Shown here one piece after another: positions 1 through 9,761 of a DNA stretch of 64,000 nt (positions are counted from its first letter, which is position 1; every line of letters starts with the position of its first letter). The translations under genes were made by a program, and so were the position numbers. Below the pieces are notes generated by a model. That model did no database searches and was not told where the DNA came from. It saw nothing but the letters and a program-made list of their open reading frames with translations. This stretch comes from Escherichia phage EcNP1: the sequence record NC_054910.1; one strand, given 5' to 3'.

Positions 1-998
1 CATACACTGCCCAGTTTCCAACTGGGCGTGCTAGTGGTAATGACACTACAGGGGACTTCCAGGTAACAGATCTATATAAGAATGGATTATTATTTACTGC
101 ATACAATATGTCATCTAGGGATTCTGGAAGTCTTAGATCGATGAGATCTAACTACTCTTCTTCATCTTCGAGTATTTTACGCACAGCCAGAAACACTATC
201 AGTAATACAGTATCAAAACTGTCAAATGGATTAATATCAGATAATAATTCAGGAACAATAAGTAAAGCCCCTGTTGCAAATATTCTTTTACCAAGATCTA
301 AATCTGACGTTGATACGTCATCACATAGATTTAATGATGTTCAAGAAAGTCTTATCAGCAGAGGCGGAGGTACTGCTACTGGTGTGCTAAGTAATATTGC
401 TTCAACTGCAGTCTTTGGAGCACTGGAAAGTATAACACAAGGTATAATGGCTGATAATAATGAACAGATTTATACGACAGCCAGAAGTATGTATGGTGGT
501 GCTGAGAATAGAACTAAAGTGTTTACATGGGATTTGACTCCACGTTCCACAGAAGATTTAATGGCTATTATTAATATCTATCAATATTTTAACTATTTTT
601 CTTATGGTGAAACGGGTAAATCTCAATATGCTGCTGAAATAAAGGGGTATTTAGATGATTGGTATCGTTCTACGTTAATTGAACCTTTATCTCCGGAAGA
701 CGCAGCTAAAAATAAAACACTATTTGAGAAAATGACATCGAGTTTAACTAACGTTCTAGTAGTTTCAAACCCGACAATTTGGATGGTGAAAAACTTTGGT
801 GCAACATCTAAGTTTGATGGAAAAACTGAAATATTTGGTCCATGCCAAATACAGAGTATCAGATTTGATAAAACACCTAATGGTAACTTTAACGGATTAG
901 CTATTGCTCCAAACCTCCCTAGTACATTTACTCTTGAGATTACTATGAGAGAAATTATCACGTTAAACCGTGCTTCTTTATATGCGGGGACTTTTTAA
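1..998 (+). CDS. 48: baseplate/tail-tube protein gp48 (5' end upstream of window)
   Basis: Frame is open from the window start to the stop at 996-998, so track ORF 108..998 is an internal-Met remnant; stop overlaps next ATG; lies directly upstream of a gp54-sized ORF as in the T4 late operon. Confidence 0.65.
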   Translation, partial: YTAQFPTGRASGNDTTGDFQVTDLYKNGLLFTAYNMSSRDSGSLRSMRSNYSSSSSSILRTARNTISNTVSKLSNGLISDNNSGTISKAPVANILLPRSKSDVDTSSHRFNDVQESLISRGGGTATGVLSNIASTAVFGALESITQGIMADNNEQIYTTARSMYGGAENRTKVFTWDLTPRSTEDLMAIINIYQYFNYFSYGETGKSQYAAEIKGYLDDWYRSTLIEPLSPEDAAKNKTLFEKMTSSLTNVLVVSNPTIWMVKNFGATSKFDGKTEIFGPCQIQSIRFDKTPNGNFNGLAIAPNLPSTFTLEITMREIITLNRASLYAGTF

Positions 999-1963
999 TG
1001 TATTCTTTAGAGGAATTTAATAATCAAGCAATAAACGCAGATTTCCAACGTAATAATATGTTTAGCTGCGTTTTTGCGACAACTCCATCAACTAAAAGCT
1101 CTTCGTTGATAAGTTCAATTAGCAACTTTTCTTATAATAACTTGGGTCTAAATTCAGATTGGTTAGGATTGACTCAAGGCGATATTAATCAGGGAATTAC
1201 CACGCTAATTACTGCTGGCACACAAAAACTGATAAGAAAATCAGGAGTTAGTAAATATCTTATTGGTGCCATGAGTCAACGTACAGTTCAAAGTTTATTG
1301 GGCTCATTTACAGTTGGTACATATTTAATTGACTTCTTTAACATGGCATATAACTCATCTGGATTGATGATATATTCTGTAAAAATGCCAGAGAATAGAT
1401 TATCCTATGAAACTGACTGGAACTATAATTCTCCTAATATTCGTATAACTGGGAGAGAATTAGACCCTTTGGTTATTTCATTTAGAATGGATTCAGAAGC
1501 ATGTAATTATCGCGCAATGCAAGACTGGGTTAATGCTGTTCAAGACCCAGTAACTGGACTGCGTGCTTTGCCGCAAGATGTCGAGGCAGATATTCAGGTT
1601 AATCTTCATGCTCGTAATGGATTACCTCATACTGCAGTGATGTTCACCGGATGCATTCCAGTGTCAGTGAGCGCTCCTGAGTTATCATATGATGGAGATA
1701 ACCAAATAACTACATTTGATGTTACTTTTGCGTATAGAGTCATGCAGGCTGGAGCGGTTGATAGACAAGCTGCGCTTGAGTGGCTTGAATCTGCTGCTAT
1801 AAATGGCATTCAAAGCGTTCTCGGAAATAGTGGAGGCGTTACTGGACTATCTAATTCGCTTTCACGACTTAGTAGATTAGGAGGAACTGCGGGAAGCATT
1901 TCAAACATTAATACTATGACGGGAATTGTCAATTCGCAAAGTAAAATATTAGGAGCAATATAA
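998..1963 (+). CDS. 54: baseplate tail-tube initiator gp54
   Basis: 321 aa (T4 gp54 is 320 aa); position 48-54 next to alt as in T4; followed by a strong terminator. Confidence 0.7.
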   Translation: MYSLEEFNNQAINADFQRNNMFSCVFATTPSTKSSSLISSISNFSYNNLGLNSDWLGLTQGDINQGITTLITAGTQKLIRKSGVSKYLIGAMSQRTVQSLLGSFTVGTYLIDFFNMAYNSSGLMIYSVKMPENRLSYETDWNYNSPNIRITGRELDPLVISFRMDSEACNYRAMQDWVNAVQDPVTGLRALPQDVEADIQVNLHARNGLPHTAVMFTGCIPVSVSAPELSYDGDNQITTFDVTFAYRVMQAGAVDRQAALEWLESAAINGIQSVLGNSGGVTGLSNSLSRLSRLGGTAGSISNINTMTGIVNSQSKILGAI

Positions 1964-1967
1964 CAAT

Positions 1968-1997
1968 GGGGACCTTTCGGTCCCCATATTTTTATTT
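1968..1997 (+). terminator. intrinsic terminator after gene 54
   Basis: GGGGACC-TTTC-GGTCCCC perfect 7-bp stem followed by ATATTTTTATTT. Confidence 0.7.
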
Positions 1998-2282
1998 ACG
2001 GAATGAAATAAAAGCAGCAACTGAAGCAACTAAACTGTCTTCAATATAAACTTCAATTTTTACCGGAGCTTCTGACTCAAATTTACCTGTTACTACACCT
2101 TGGAAAATGCTTTCAGTCTGTTCTGGCTTTGAAAAATTTTCAGAAGGAAAAATTCCGAACTTTTTATCTGTTCCAAAAATTTTAATAAATTCATCGTAAA
2201 CTGCTTCATTAAAAGCGTTATCAGCAGGAATAACGCCTTCAACTACAAGTTCTTGACCTAAAAAGCGCAAAGAAGATTTCAT
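1992..2282 (-). CDS. hypothetical protein (96 aa)
   Basis: Track ORF between gene 54 terminator and alt paralog; preceded by an early-promoter-like element. Confidence 0.45.
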   Translation of the reverse strand: MKSSLRFLGQELVVEGVIPADNAFNEAVYDEFIKIFGTDKKFGIFPSENFSKPEQTESIFQGVVTGKFESEAPVKIEVYIEDSLVASVAAFISFRK

Positions 2283-2309
2283 TTTATGTTCCTCATGTTA
2301 TGTCAGTAA

Positions 2310-2344
2310 GATTATTATAACACAACACGAGGGACTTGTAAACT
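2310..2344 (-). promoter_or_regulatory. T4-type early (sigma70) promoter, copy A of a dispersed ~60-bp element
   Basis: On minus strand GTTTAC, ~18-nt spacer, TATAAT; flanked by imperfect 13-bp inverted repeat; coordinates approximate (+/-2). Confidence 0.5.
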
Positions 2345-4400
2345 ACATTTTGAACTTTTTAGACATTCCGTTGATATTAACCAAAGAAGCCAAGATTTGA
2401 GAAACTTCGTTTTCCTCTTCTTTTGATTCTTCTACAAGGAATTGGTTAAATCCAGTCATTGGACGAACTTCACCAGTTTCCATTAGATGGTCGCCATCAT
2501 ATACCGATTCTTCTAATTGTTCAGAAGGAGGAACGATTGTGCCTTCGATTAGATACTTGTTATAAGCAGTTTCTTTCATCATGTACGTACTCACTTTATT
2601 AATCTTCAGCAAAATTCCACGTGGTAAAATAACTTCAGCTTCTGATGGAAATCCTGATAAATGTCCTGGAACGATAACTTTGATTCGCTCAGCTCCTTTA
2701 ATTACCATACCCACGCTAGTTTCAGCATCTTCATTGGCATACGCAGAATGACTACCCATATGCATTAAATCTTCAGCGTCAACAGAACCTTCTCCTTCAC
2801 CAGAAAATACTGCACCGGAATCATCTAGAGCCATATAGTTTTTACCATACTCACCGAAGATATTTGGTTTAAGTGATGTGGATACGAAGTTCTTGAAATA
2901 GAACATTTTATTTTCAATATTATGACGTAAAGTTTTAAAGGTAACTTCTTGGCCACGGTAAAGCGTAGTTCCTGGAGGAAGAACTGATCCTTTGGCAAAA
3001 GCAGAATCCATCGTCTCGATGTGTTTAATAGCTCGTTCCATATATTCTTCACGAGTAGAATCCGGTTTACCTAAAAGGAACGAGTTCATTTCAACATATG
3101 AATCTGCACAATAATCTTCAATTACATCAGACTCAGCCTGAGTTAATCCTTTTGGAGTTACTTCAGTACTTGCATATTCATACGCTTGAGAAGCAGACTC
3201 ATTAATCAATTTATAAACGCCATTCATGACAAATTGAATAATAGCTACCTTTTCATCTGGCGTGGCTTTAGAACCTTTAACTAAATCATTGACGATTTTC
3301 TTAATAACATCAAAGCTATTAGAAATATTAATGTCAGCAAGATCGCTTAAAATTTTATCAGTTTTATAATCAAAAAATTCTTTATTCTTTAAATATTCTT
3401 GAGAACCTTGATATGTTATATCGCTCTGTAATTTAATAGATGGATCACGTAAACGCGCATGGGCCAATGCAATATGATTTCGGAAGCTTTCTAGTTCATA
3501 ATCACTAGATTTAAAACGAGAAGCACTCCTCATACTACCGATAGCTCCTTTGCTGAAGTTTGAACCAACCTGAATAACGCCGGAGTTCATTGGTCCTTCT
3601 GCTTTATATACTGGAACTTTAGATTCAAACTCTTGATATTTCTTAGCAGCGAAGCTATCACCCTGAAGTGAAGCATCGACAGTAGAGTATTGAGCTTGTG
3701 CTGCTAATCGACGACTAATTTTAGTTTTCTGAATAACAGCTTGATCCGTGCGCTTATCATTTTCTAAGGCAATAGAAGCAGCAACAGCAACAGCTTTAGG
3801 AACAGCATTGCCTGTTTTAACATCTACATAAACATCACCAACCTTTGATTCAACCTTTGTGAATAACTCAGTTGAAATAGGAGGTACACCTGGAATGTCT
3901 TCTAAATTGGCATTTTTACGGTAAACCATAATATATGCATACTTTTTATCATAATCCCAGATTTCCTTTAAAAGAACATATCGACCTGCTCCTTTAGTAC
4001 GTACTAAACGGTCGGCAATAACTTGCATTTGACGAGCAGCTCCATTTGTTTTGCTCTTTAGTACGCGGAATAAGCATGCATCAATTTTATACTGTTTCAT
4101 TGTTTGAAGAGCAGTATCAAAAACCGCATTAATGACACCAATTGGATTTCCACCTAAGTTTTTAAGTTTAACTAATGATAGCTTTTCATTGACACCTATC
4201 ATTACGATATGCATCATTTTATCGCCTGGCTTAACGTTTTTATTTGTATCACCGCCAGAGGTGTATGTACAAAATCTAAATCCAGGAAGCACGCTTTCTT
4301 CACCTGCTTGAATAGCAAAAATTTGAGGTATTTTATGCTTCGGGTTTAAGTTAACAACCGGCGCCGAAGCGCCGTCAAATAATTCTGTAATAAGTTCCAT
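2343..4400 (-). CDS. Alt-like mono-ADP-ribosyltransferase, paralog 2
   Basis: 685 aa; N-terminal ~230 aa collinear with the adjacent Alt (MELITELFD...); ART R-S-E motifs LYRGQ / FVSTSL / SEAEVILPRG; shared C-terminal YDGDHLMETGEV; central segment unrelated to paralog 1. Confidence 0.8.
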   Translation of the reverse strand: MELITELFDGASAPVVNLNPKHKIPQIFAIQAGEESVLPGFRFCTYTSGGDTNKNVKPGDKMMHIVMIGVNEKLSLVKLKNLGGNPIGVINAVFDTALQTMKQYKIDACLFRVLKSKTNGAARQMQVIADRLVRTKGAGRYVLLKEIWDYDKKYAYIMVYRKNANLEDIPGVPPISTELFTKVESKVGDVYVDVKTGNAVPKAVAVAASIALENDKRTDQAVIQKTKISRRLAAQAQYSTVDASLQGDSFAAKKYQEFESKVPVYKAEGPMNSGVIQVGSNFSKGAIGSMRSASRFKSSDYELESFRNHIALAHARLRDPSIKLQSDITYQGSQEYLKNKEFFDYKTDKILSDLADINISNSFDVIKKIVNDLVKGSKATPDEKVAIIQFVMNGVYKLINESASQAYEYASTEVTPKGLTQAESDVIEDYCADSYVEMNSFLLGKPDSTREEYMERAIKHIETMDSAFAKGSVLPPGTTLYRGQEVTFKTLRHNIENKMFYFKNFVSTSLKPNIFGEYGKNYMALDDSGAVFSGEGEGSVDAEDLMHMGSHSAYANEDAETSVGMVIKGAERIKVIVPGHLSGFPSEAEVILPRGILLKINKVSTYMMKETAYNKYLIEGTIVPPSEQLEESVYDGDHLMETGEVRPMTGFNQFLVEESKEEENEVSQILASLVNINGMSKKFKM

Positions 4401-4403
4401 GAT

Positions 4404-6500
4404 TTATCCTTGAACGAACTTGTAAGGCATGTTTGTAATATCTATGCAAGACGCAATAATTCCAAGAGATGATTCTACTTTCTGTTTAACGTTTGATGAA
4501 ACAAATGATGCAAAGTCAACTCTGTCTTCTATTTCAATATCACCTGTCATTGCAACTACTTCACCAGTTTCCATTAAATGGTCTCCATCATAAATTACTG
4601 ATTCGGTGAGTTCTTCTGTAGTCATAACTTCAGCTTGAATGAGTTTTGTATTATTAGATGTTGTTCCGTCATTATTAGAAGCATCAGTTATTTTATTAAC
4701 TTTGACCATCAATCCGCGCGGTAGAATAACTTCAGCTTCTGTTGCTATTCCGAGACTTCCTGGATATACAACATTAACTTTATGAGCTCCATCAATTGCC
4801 CATCCTATTTGAACTTTAACGTATTCAGGATTTTCTTTATACGCTCTTATTTCGTTTGGATTAATAGTTATTCCTTCTTCATTTTTATCAACTGTCAATT
4901 CATTACGAGCTTCTGGTTCTAAAAGACCAATACCAGCATGTGTAATTCCAAAACGTCCAAAAATGATAGGAGTTAAAGAAGTAGATACAAAATTTCTGAA
5001 ATAGAACACTTTATTTTTAACTAGTGCTTCGTATATAGGAGCAGTCATACTTTGAGCACGATAAACTGTAATGCCTTCTGGTATACGGTCACCATTTTCA
5101 AAAGCTGAATCTAAGTTATTTATAGCAGATTCAATTTCTTTTTCACTCATTACATCATATCGTTCTGGATTGTAGCGGCCTAAAAGAAGATTATTGATGT
5201 CAGTATATCCTGATCCACAATACTCTCTAATGCCGCGCTTTTGCGATGGAGTATATTTAGAACCATCGCGTGCAATGGTAATATCAATCATTGGACCTGC
5301 ACCAATTCCAGAAAAACTATAAATCATTCGTTTGAGGAATTTAGTTTTTGCTGCGTTCCAGGAATTTTTAGTTATTTCTTCCCAGACTTCATCTGGCTGT
5401 CCTTTACGGGTTTTATTATGTTTATCAAGCCATTTATCTTTGTATTCTTCAAAGAATTTATTAACAGCTGCTGCGTATTTCTCTAAACATTTTATTGAAG
5501 TAGTTGGTTCATTTTTAATCGCATTAAGAATTACATCTTTAATTTTTTCAGAAACTTCATTAACCTCACTTTTTGAAAAGAATTTATAGTCATAGTGAAG
5601 TTCATCTGCAGTTCCTTCAGCAATAATTTTTGCTGCCTTAGTTTTAGAAGCTAATGAATTAATTCCAAGCTTCATTTCTTCTGCTTCTGGAATTAAAGGA
5701 GCAGTAGCAGGTTTATTGAAATTAGCTGCAGTAGATTCATACTTCTGGAATAATTCGCTTTCAAATCTAGAAGATTCTAATGATTGACTTTGCGCAATTG
5801 CTCTACGGGAAATTTTAACTTTAACGATTACAGCTTGGTCAGAGCGTTTATCATTTTCTTGCGCAATAGATGCTGCAATTGCCTCATTTTTAGTTACTTG
5901 AGCACCAGTATCTTTATTGATATAAACATCGCCGACTTTTGATTCAACTTTAGTAAAGAGCTCGGTACTAATTTCCGGAACTCCCGGAATGTCTTCTAGT
6001 GATACATTTTTACGATGTATAAGAATATATGCATACTTTTTATCATAATCCCAGAGTTCCTTAAGAAGGACGTATCTGCCACCTGAACGACTACGGATAA
6101 GTCTATCAGCAATAACTTGAATTTGTCGAGCTTGACCAGCAGTTTTAGACTTAAGAATACGGAGCATACAGGCATCAATTTTATACTGACGCATCGTCTG
6201 CATTGCAACAGTAAAAACTGAATTGATATAATTAATTGGGCTTGGACCGAGACCTTTTAATTTAGCAATTGAACCTTTAGCAGTTAATGTAAAAGGAACA
6301 ATATGCATCATTTTATCGCCCATTTTTAAATCGCGATTAGTATCACCTCCAGATGTATAGGTACATAAACGAAAGCCTGGTTGTTCAATTGCGTCATCGA
6401 CATGAACTGAAAAAATTTGCGGTATTTTCTTCTTTGGATTTAAGTTTGTAATCGGAAGAGTAGTATCTTCGTCAAATAATTCTGTAATGAGTTCCATCAT
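4404..6500 (-). CDS. alt: Alt ADP-ribosyltransferase (head-packaged, injected)
   Basis: 698 aa (T4 Alt 682 aa); ART motifs VYRAQ / FVSTSL / TEAEVILPRG; position between gene 54 and gene 30 as in T4. Confidence 0.85.
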   Translation of the reverse strand: MMELITELFDEDTTLPITNLNPKKKIPQIFSVHVDDAIEQPGFRLCTYTSGGDTNRDLKMGDKMMHIVPFTLTAKGSIAKLKGLGPSPINYINSVFTVAMQTMRQYKIDACMLRILKSKTAGQARQIQVIADRLIRSRSGGRYVLLKELWDYDKKYAYILIHRKNVSLEDIPGVPEISTELFTKVESKVGDVYINKDTGAQVTKNEAIAASIAQENDKRSDQAVIVKVKISRRAIAQSQSLESSRFESELFQKYESTAANFNKPATAPLIPEAEEMKLGINSLASKTKAAKIIAEGTADELHYDYKFFSKSEVNEVSEKIKDVILNAIKNEPTTSIKCLEKYAAAVNKFFEEYKDKWLDKHNKTRKGQPDEVWEEITKNSWNAAKTKFLKRMIYSFSGIGAGPMIDITIARDGSKYTPSQKRGIREYCGSGYTDINNLLLGRYNPERYDVMSEKEIESAINNLDSAFENGDRIPEGITVYRAQSMTAPIYEALVKNKVFYFRNFVSTSLTPIIFGRFGITHAGIGLLEPEARNELTVDKNEEGITINPNEIRAYKENPEYVKVQIGWAIDGAHKVNVVYPGSLGIATEAEVILPRGLMVKVNKITDASNNDGTTSNNTKLIQAEVMTTEELTESVIYDGDHLMETGEVVAMTGDIEIEDRVDFASFVSSNVKQKVESSLGIIASCIDITNMPYKFVQG

Positions 6501-6533
6501 ATCCTCTCTAGTGTTTATTCTATTTATAAAATT

Positions 6534-6551
6534 AAAGGCCCGAAGGCCTTT
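6534..6551 (-). terminator. UUCG-tetraloop hairpin / terminator
   Basis: AAAGGCC-CGAA-GGCCTTT on plus strand, i.e. GGCC-UUCG-GGCC in minus-strand RNA, followed by U-rich tract. Confidence 0.55.
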
Positions 6552-6738
6552 AATAATCTAGTGGTAAGAGAGTACGGTATATTTCAAACTTCGGACCTTT
6601 TTCATAGGCATCAAATGTTTCTGTAAATTTATTATAAGCATATGCATCTACAAATTCAAGAACGATTTGTGATACAGAAGTAGAAACATCTCCACCTTCT
6701 TTTTGAGCAACGACAATTGTTTCTAAGTAAGCTTTCAT
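6550..6738 (-). CDS. hypothetical protein (62 aa)
   Basis: Track ORF, start overlaps ligase stop region; no recognisable motif. Confidence 0.45.
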   Translation of the reverse strand: MKAYLETIVVAQKEGGDVSTSVSQIVLEFVDAYAYNKFTETFDAYEKGPKFEIYRTLLPLDY

Positions 6739-8195
6739 AGACCAGTTACCTCATGAAAATCACCAAATACATCCTCGAATGTATTAGCTTTAGTTTTATC
6801 TTCACGTAAACGAATCGCAATTGGAAGAAATAATTTAACGTAATCAGTGCGGCCATCAGATTTTAACCAACCATTGCATTCGCACTCTAGAATTTTTCCA
6901 ATATAATAATTTTGGTTTTCCATAATGCGAGTACGGTCAAGTTCATGTGATTTTACACCAGCTTTATCTTTTAAACCTGAACCAGCGTTTACTTTAATTT
7001 TTCCGCATTCTGATTCAAGAATAAATCCACCTGCTTTAGTAGGGTCTTTACGGTGAGGATAAATTCCTACAATTTTTAAATCAACATCAATTACTTCTTT
7101 AAATTTATAGAGATTTTTTGAACGAGCATTTTCCCACAATCCATCGGTATTTTTGAGAATAATACCTTCAAGACCTCGGTCAATATATTTTTTATAAATT
7201 ACCTTAGCTTCATCTAGGTTATTTACTACCTGGTTTTCAATTAAAATTACTTTATCATATCCTGATGTCATTTGTTCTAGTTTAGAAAAACGTACATCAT
7301 ATTTTAAACGAAACGCCGGAAGACCGTATATTTCTACCAACGGGACATAATCCCAGACCTGAAACTTCATGCATTTGGCTTCTTTTTCAGAAATGGTTCC
7401 CTTTAAAGATTTATTGGCAATTCCATTAGAAGCAGTACGAGATTCAGCTACTTCGGCAAACTCTTTAGCTTTACTGATTTCAGGAGCATCAAAAAGAAAA
7501 TCTAGGCCTTCTGGTTCCTTTTCAACTTGCTCATGGTATACTAATTCGCCATCAATTAACACACCTTCTGGATGAATCTGGCGGGCTTCAGCAGTCATTT
7601 TGATTAACTCTTCCTTAAGAAGATCTAATCCTAGATATTCATTACCAGCTCGCGATAAAAGACGAACATCATCTAATTCATCGCCTCGGACTTCAGCAAA
7701 ACACCGAGCTCCATCTGCTTTTAACTGCGCAAAAGCTGGAAACTTGATATTCTTACTAATGCCTTTTTCATCATAAGAACTTGCCAGCATTTGAGGTTGT
7801 TCAGGAATTAAACCTGGCCAAACTTTGTTTGCAATAGATACTGAAGCACCACATTCAAGGTCTCGCATCATAACTCGACGCAAAACTTCAACATCATCCT
7901 TTTTACCATCGGTGATATATCCAGTTAATTCCTCAATTGCTGCATTGCCAGTTAATTTCCGAGTAGCTAACGTGAATTCAATGAAGTCAAGCATATCGGT
8001 AATAGTCAGCATTCCAAAACTCTGGGTAGCAATACCAGGTTTAGGCCATTTCTTGATATAATACTGTAACCCACGAGAATAAGTCAGACGATATACTCGT
8101 TTAAGCAATTCATTATCTTTATTCTTTTCAAGAATTGCTTGCTTCTGCTTAGTTGATCCGATAGATGCTATTTCATTCAGAATTTTAAGAATCAT
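6735..8195 (-). CDS. 30: ATP-dependent DNA ligase gp30
   Basis: 486 aa (T4 ligase 487 aa); adenylation motif KADGARC; T4-like N-terminus MILKILNEIASIGSTKQK. Confidence 0.95.
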   Translation of the reverse strand: MILKILNEIASIGSTKQKQAILEKNKDNELLKRVYRLTYSRGLQYYIKKWPKPGIATQSFGMLTITDMLDFIEFTLATRKLTGNAAIEELTGYITDGKKDDVEVLRRVMMRDLECGASVSIANKVWPGLIPEQPQMLASSYDEKGISKNIKFPAFAQLKADGARCFAEVRGDELDDVRLLSRAGNEYLGLDLLKEELIKMTAEARQIHPEGVLIDGELVYHEQVEKEPEGLDFLFDAPEISKAKEFAEVAESRTASNGIANKSLKGTISEKEAKCMKFQVWDYVPLVEIYGLPAFRLKYDVRFSKLEQMTSGYDKVILIENQVVNNLDEAKVIYKKYIDRGLEGIILKNTDGLWENARSKNLYKFKEVIDVDLKIVGIYPHRKDPTKAGGFILESECGKIKVNAGSGLKDKAGVKSHELDRTRIMENQNYYIGKILECECNGWLKSDGRTDYVKLFLPIAIRLREDKTKANTFEDVFGDFHEVTGL

Positions 8196-8461
8196 TGCTC
8201 ATCCTTCAAGGTTTGGTTTACAGCTCTATTATAAATCAATTCATCATTAAGCTCAGGCAAAGACTTATGATATGTAGTTCTAACTTTATTTCCTTGCATC
8301 CAGTGCTTGACGTAAATGAAACCTTGCTCTACACATTTTTTAAAAATTCGTTCGTCTTTTTGAGCTCGAAATTCTGGATTGCATCTAAAAAATTGATTTA
8401 CGTGACCGTAATCACGTGTAGTATTACCTTCATTTTCATAAATAGTGTGAACGACAAACAT
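8192..8461 (-). CDS. hypothetical protein (89 aa, 30.1-like position)
   Basis: Track ORF, 4-nt overlap with ligase start. Confidence 0.5.
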   Translation of the reverse strand: MFVVHTIYENEGNTTRDYGHVNQFFRCNPEFRAQKDERIFKKCVEQGFIYVKHWMQGNKVRTTYHKSLPELNDELIYNRAVNQTLKDEQ

Positions 8462-9300
8462 TAGAATGCTCCTTGAAAAATATTATCACCACTAGTAGGT
8501 CTATTATACAAATACTCTATGCCACCAGGTTTAATATAGTTCCATGTCTGAAACGGATGTGTCTGATATGGATGATATAGATGATTATAAGGATTTAATC
8601 CAAGCGTTCTCCAGGTAGTGTTCCAAGGAAAAGAATCGTTTTTAACCATCTTCTCAATTAAATCTTTTATAGCTTTTTCACTATCAAAACTTTCTTTATT
8701 TTCCTTCGGCGAAAAAAGCTTATTTTCTACATCATTCCATGTATAAACTCGCTGCGCAGTTTTTGGAATATTGTCACGCTCTCCTCGAGCCATCCAATAA
8801 ACTGGAACATTTAATATTTCACTCGCATGATCGCAGTGATGAGCGAGATCGTCAATATAACAAATTACGTTATATTTCTCTTTTGCCTTTTTGAACAGCT
8901 CTTCTTTTGAAGAATCATGACCACACATCATTACTTCTGAGAAGGCACCGGGAAAAAGAGCATTCAAATTAAATTGACGATTCAACAGAGCGTCAATAGA
9001 ATCACCCAATGCTGTAACAGCTACAAAATTATAATCTTCTTTTAATTTGTTAATTACACACAGGGCATCTTTATACGGAGACAAGTAACGAATAAAATCT
9101 GAACGATTGTATTTTTCAATTAACTTGACGCCAAGTTCTTCGTCACAATTAAAGAGTTTACCTGGAGAAATAAATTTCTCATCTTGGATCATTTTTAAAA
9201 TATGTTCTAATGGAAGATTATATTTTTGAGCAAAATAAGGAAGGCCTGATTGCCAGCTTAAACAAACTCCATCAATATCAGTTAAAATAGTTGGCTTCAT
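8461..9300 (-). CDS. HAD-superfamily hydrolase-like protein
   Basis: 279 aa; N-terminal ILTDIDGV matches HAD motif I (DxDGV). Confidence 0.55.
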   Translation of the reverse strand: MKPTILTDIDGVCLSWQSGLPYFAQKYNLPLEHILKMIQDEKFISPGKLFNCDEELGVKLIEKYNRSDFIRYLSPYKDALCVINKLKEDYNFVAVTALGDSIDALLNRQFNLNALFPGAFSEVMMCGHDSSKEELFKKAKEKYNVICYIDDLAHHCDHASEILNVPVYWMARGERDNIPKTAQRVYTWNDVENKLFSPKENKESFDSEKAIKDLIEKMVKNDSFPWNTTWRTLGLNPYNHLYHPYQTHPFQTWNYIKPGGIEYLYNRPTSGDNIFQGAF

Positions 9301-9761
9301 AGAGAGTCTCTTAATAGGTTTAACACATCAATAAATTCAGCTTCGGTTAGTATTGTATCATCTTTTGTTAGACCACTAGCCATGCTGTGCTTCAAAACTT
9401 TTCCTTTCGAGGCTTGTAATGCATCACGAAAGCCCCTGTTTTGGATCGCTGCTTCAAAATATGCATTTGTGTATAATTCTTTCCATGCTGGAGAGTATCT
9501 TGAAAATGGAACTCCAAGCCAGAACAACGTGCCACGGTCCTGAGCTCTAGCATAAGCTCGTCCAGCTTTTTGCGCGTCCAATCCGGACATCCCAAATATA
9601 CGTCTTTGCTGTTCAACATTTTTCACCTTACATCCTTGGAGGAATCCTTCGAGACCTCCAAATTGGATACCATCCATAACGAAAGGCCATTGGGCGAAAT
9701 TGCTTAATGCACATGATGGCCATCTAAAATTGCTTCTAATCTCTAGCTCAGACATTTTCAA
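9297..9761 (-). CDS. NADAR / YbiA-like (DUF1768) protein
   Basis: 154 aa; SNFAQWPFVMDGIQFGGLEGFLQGCK resembles the NADAR core SNF..PF..DG..F...E..FQ..K. Confidence 0.55.
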   Translation of the reverse strand: MKMSELEIRSNFRWPSCALSNFAQWPFVMDGIQFGGLEGFLQGCKVKNVEQQRRIFGMSGLDAQKAGRAYARAQDRGTLFWLGVPFSRYSPAWKELYTNAYFEAAIQNRGFRDALQASKGKVLKHSMASGLTKDDTILTEAEFIDVLNLLRDSL

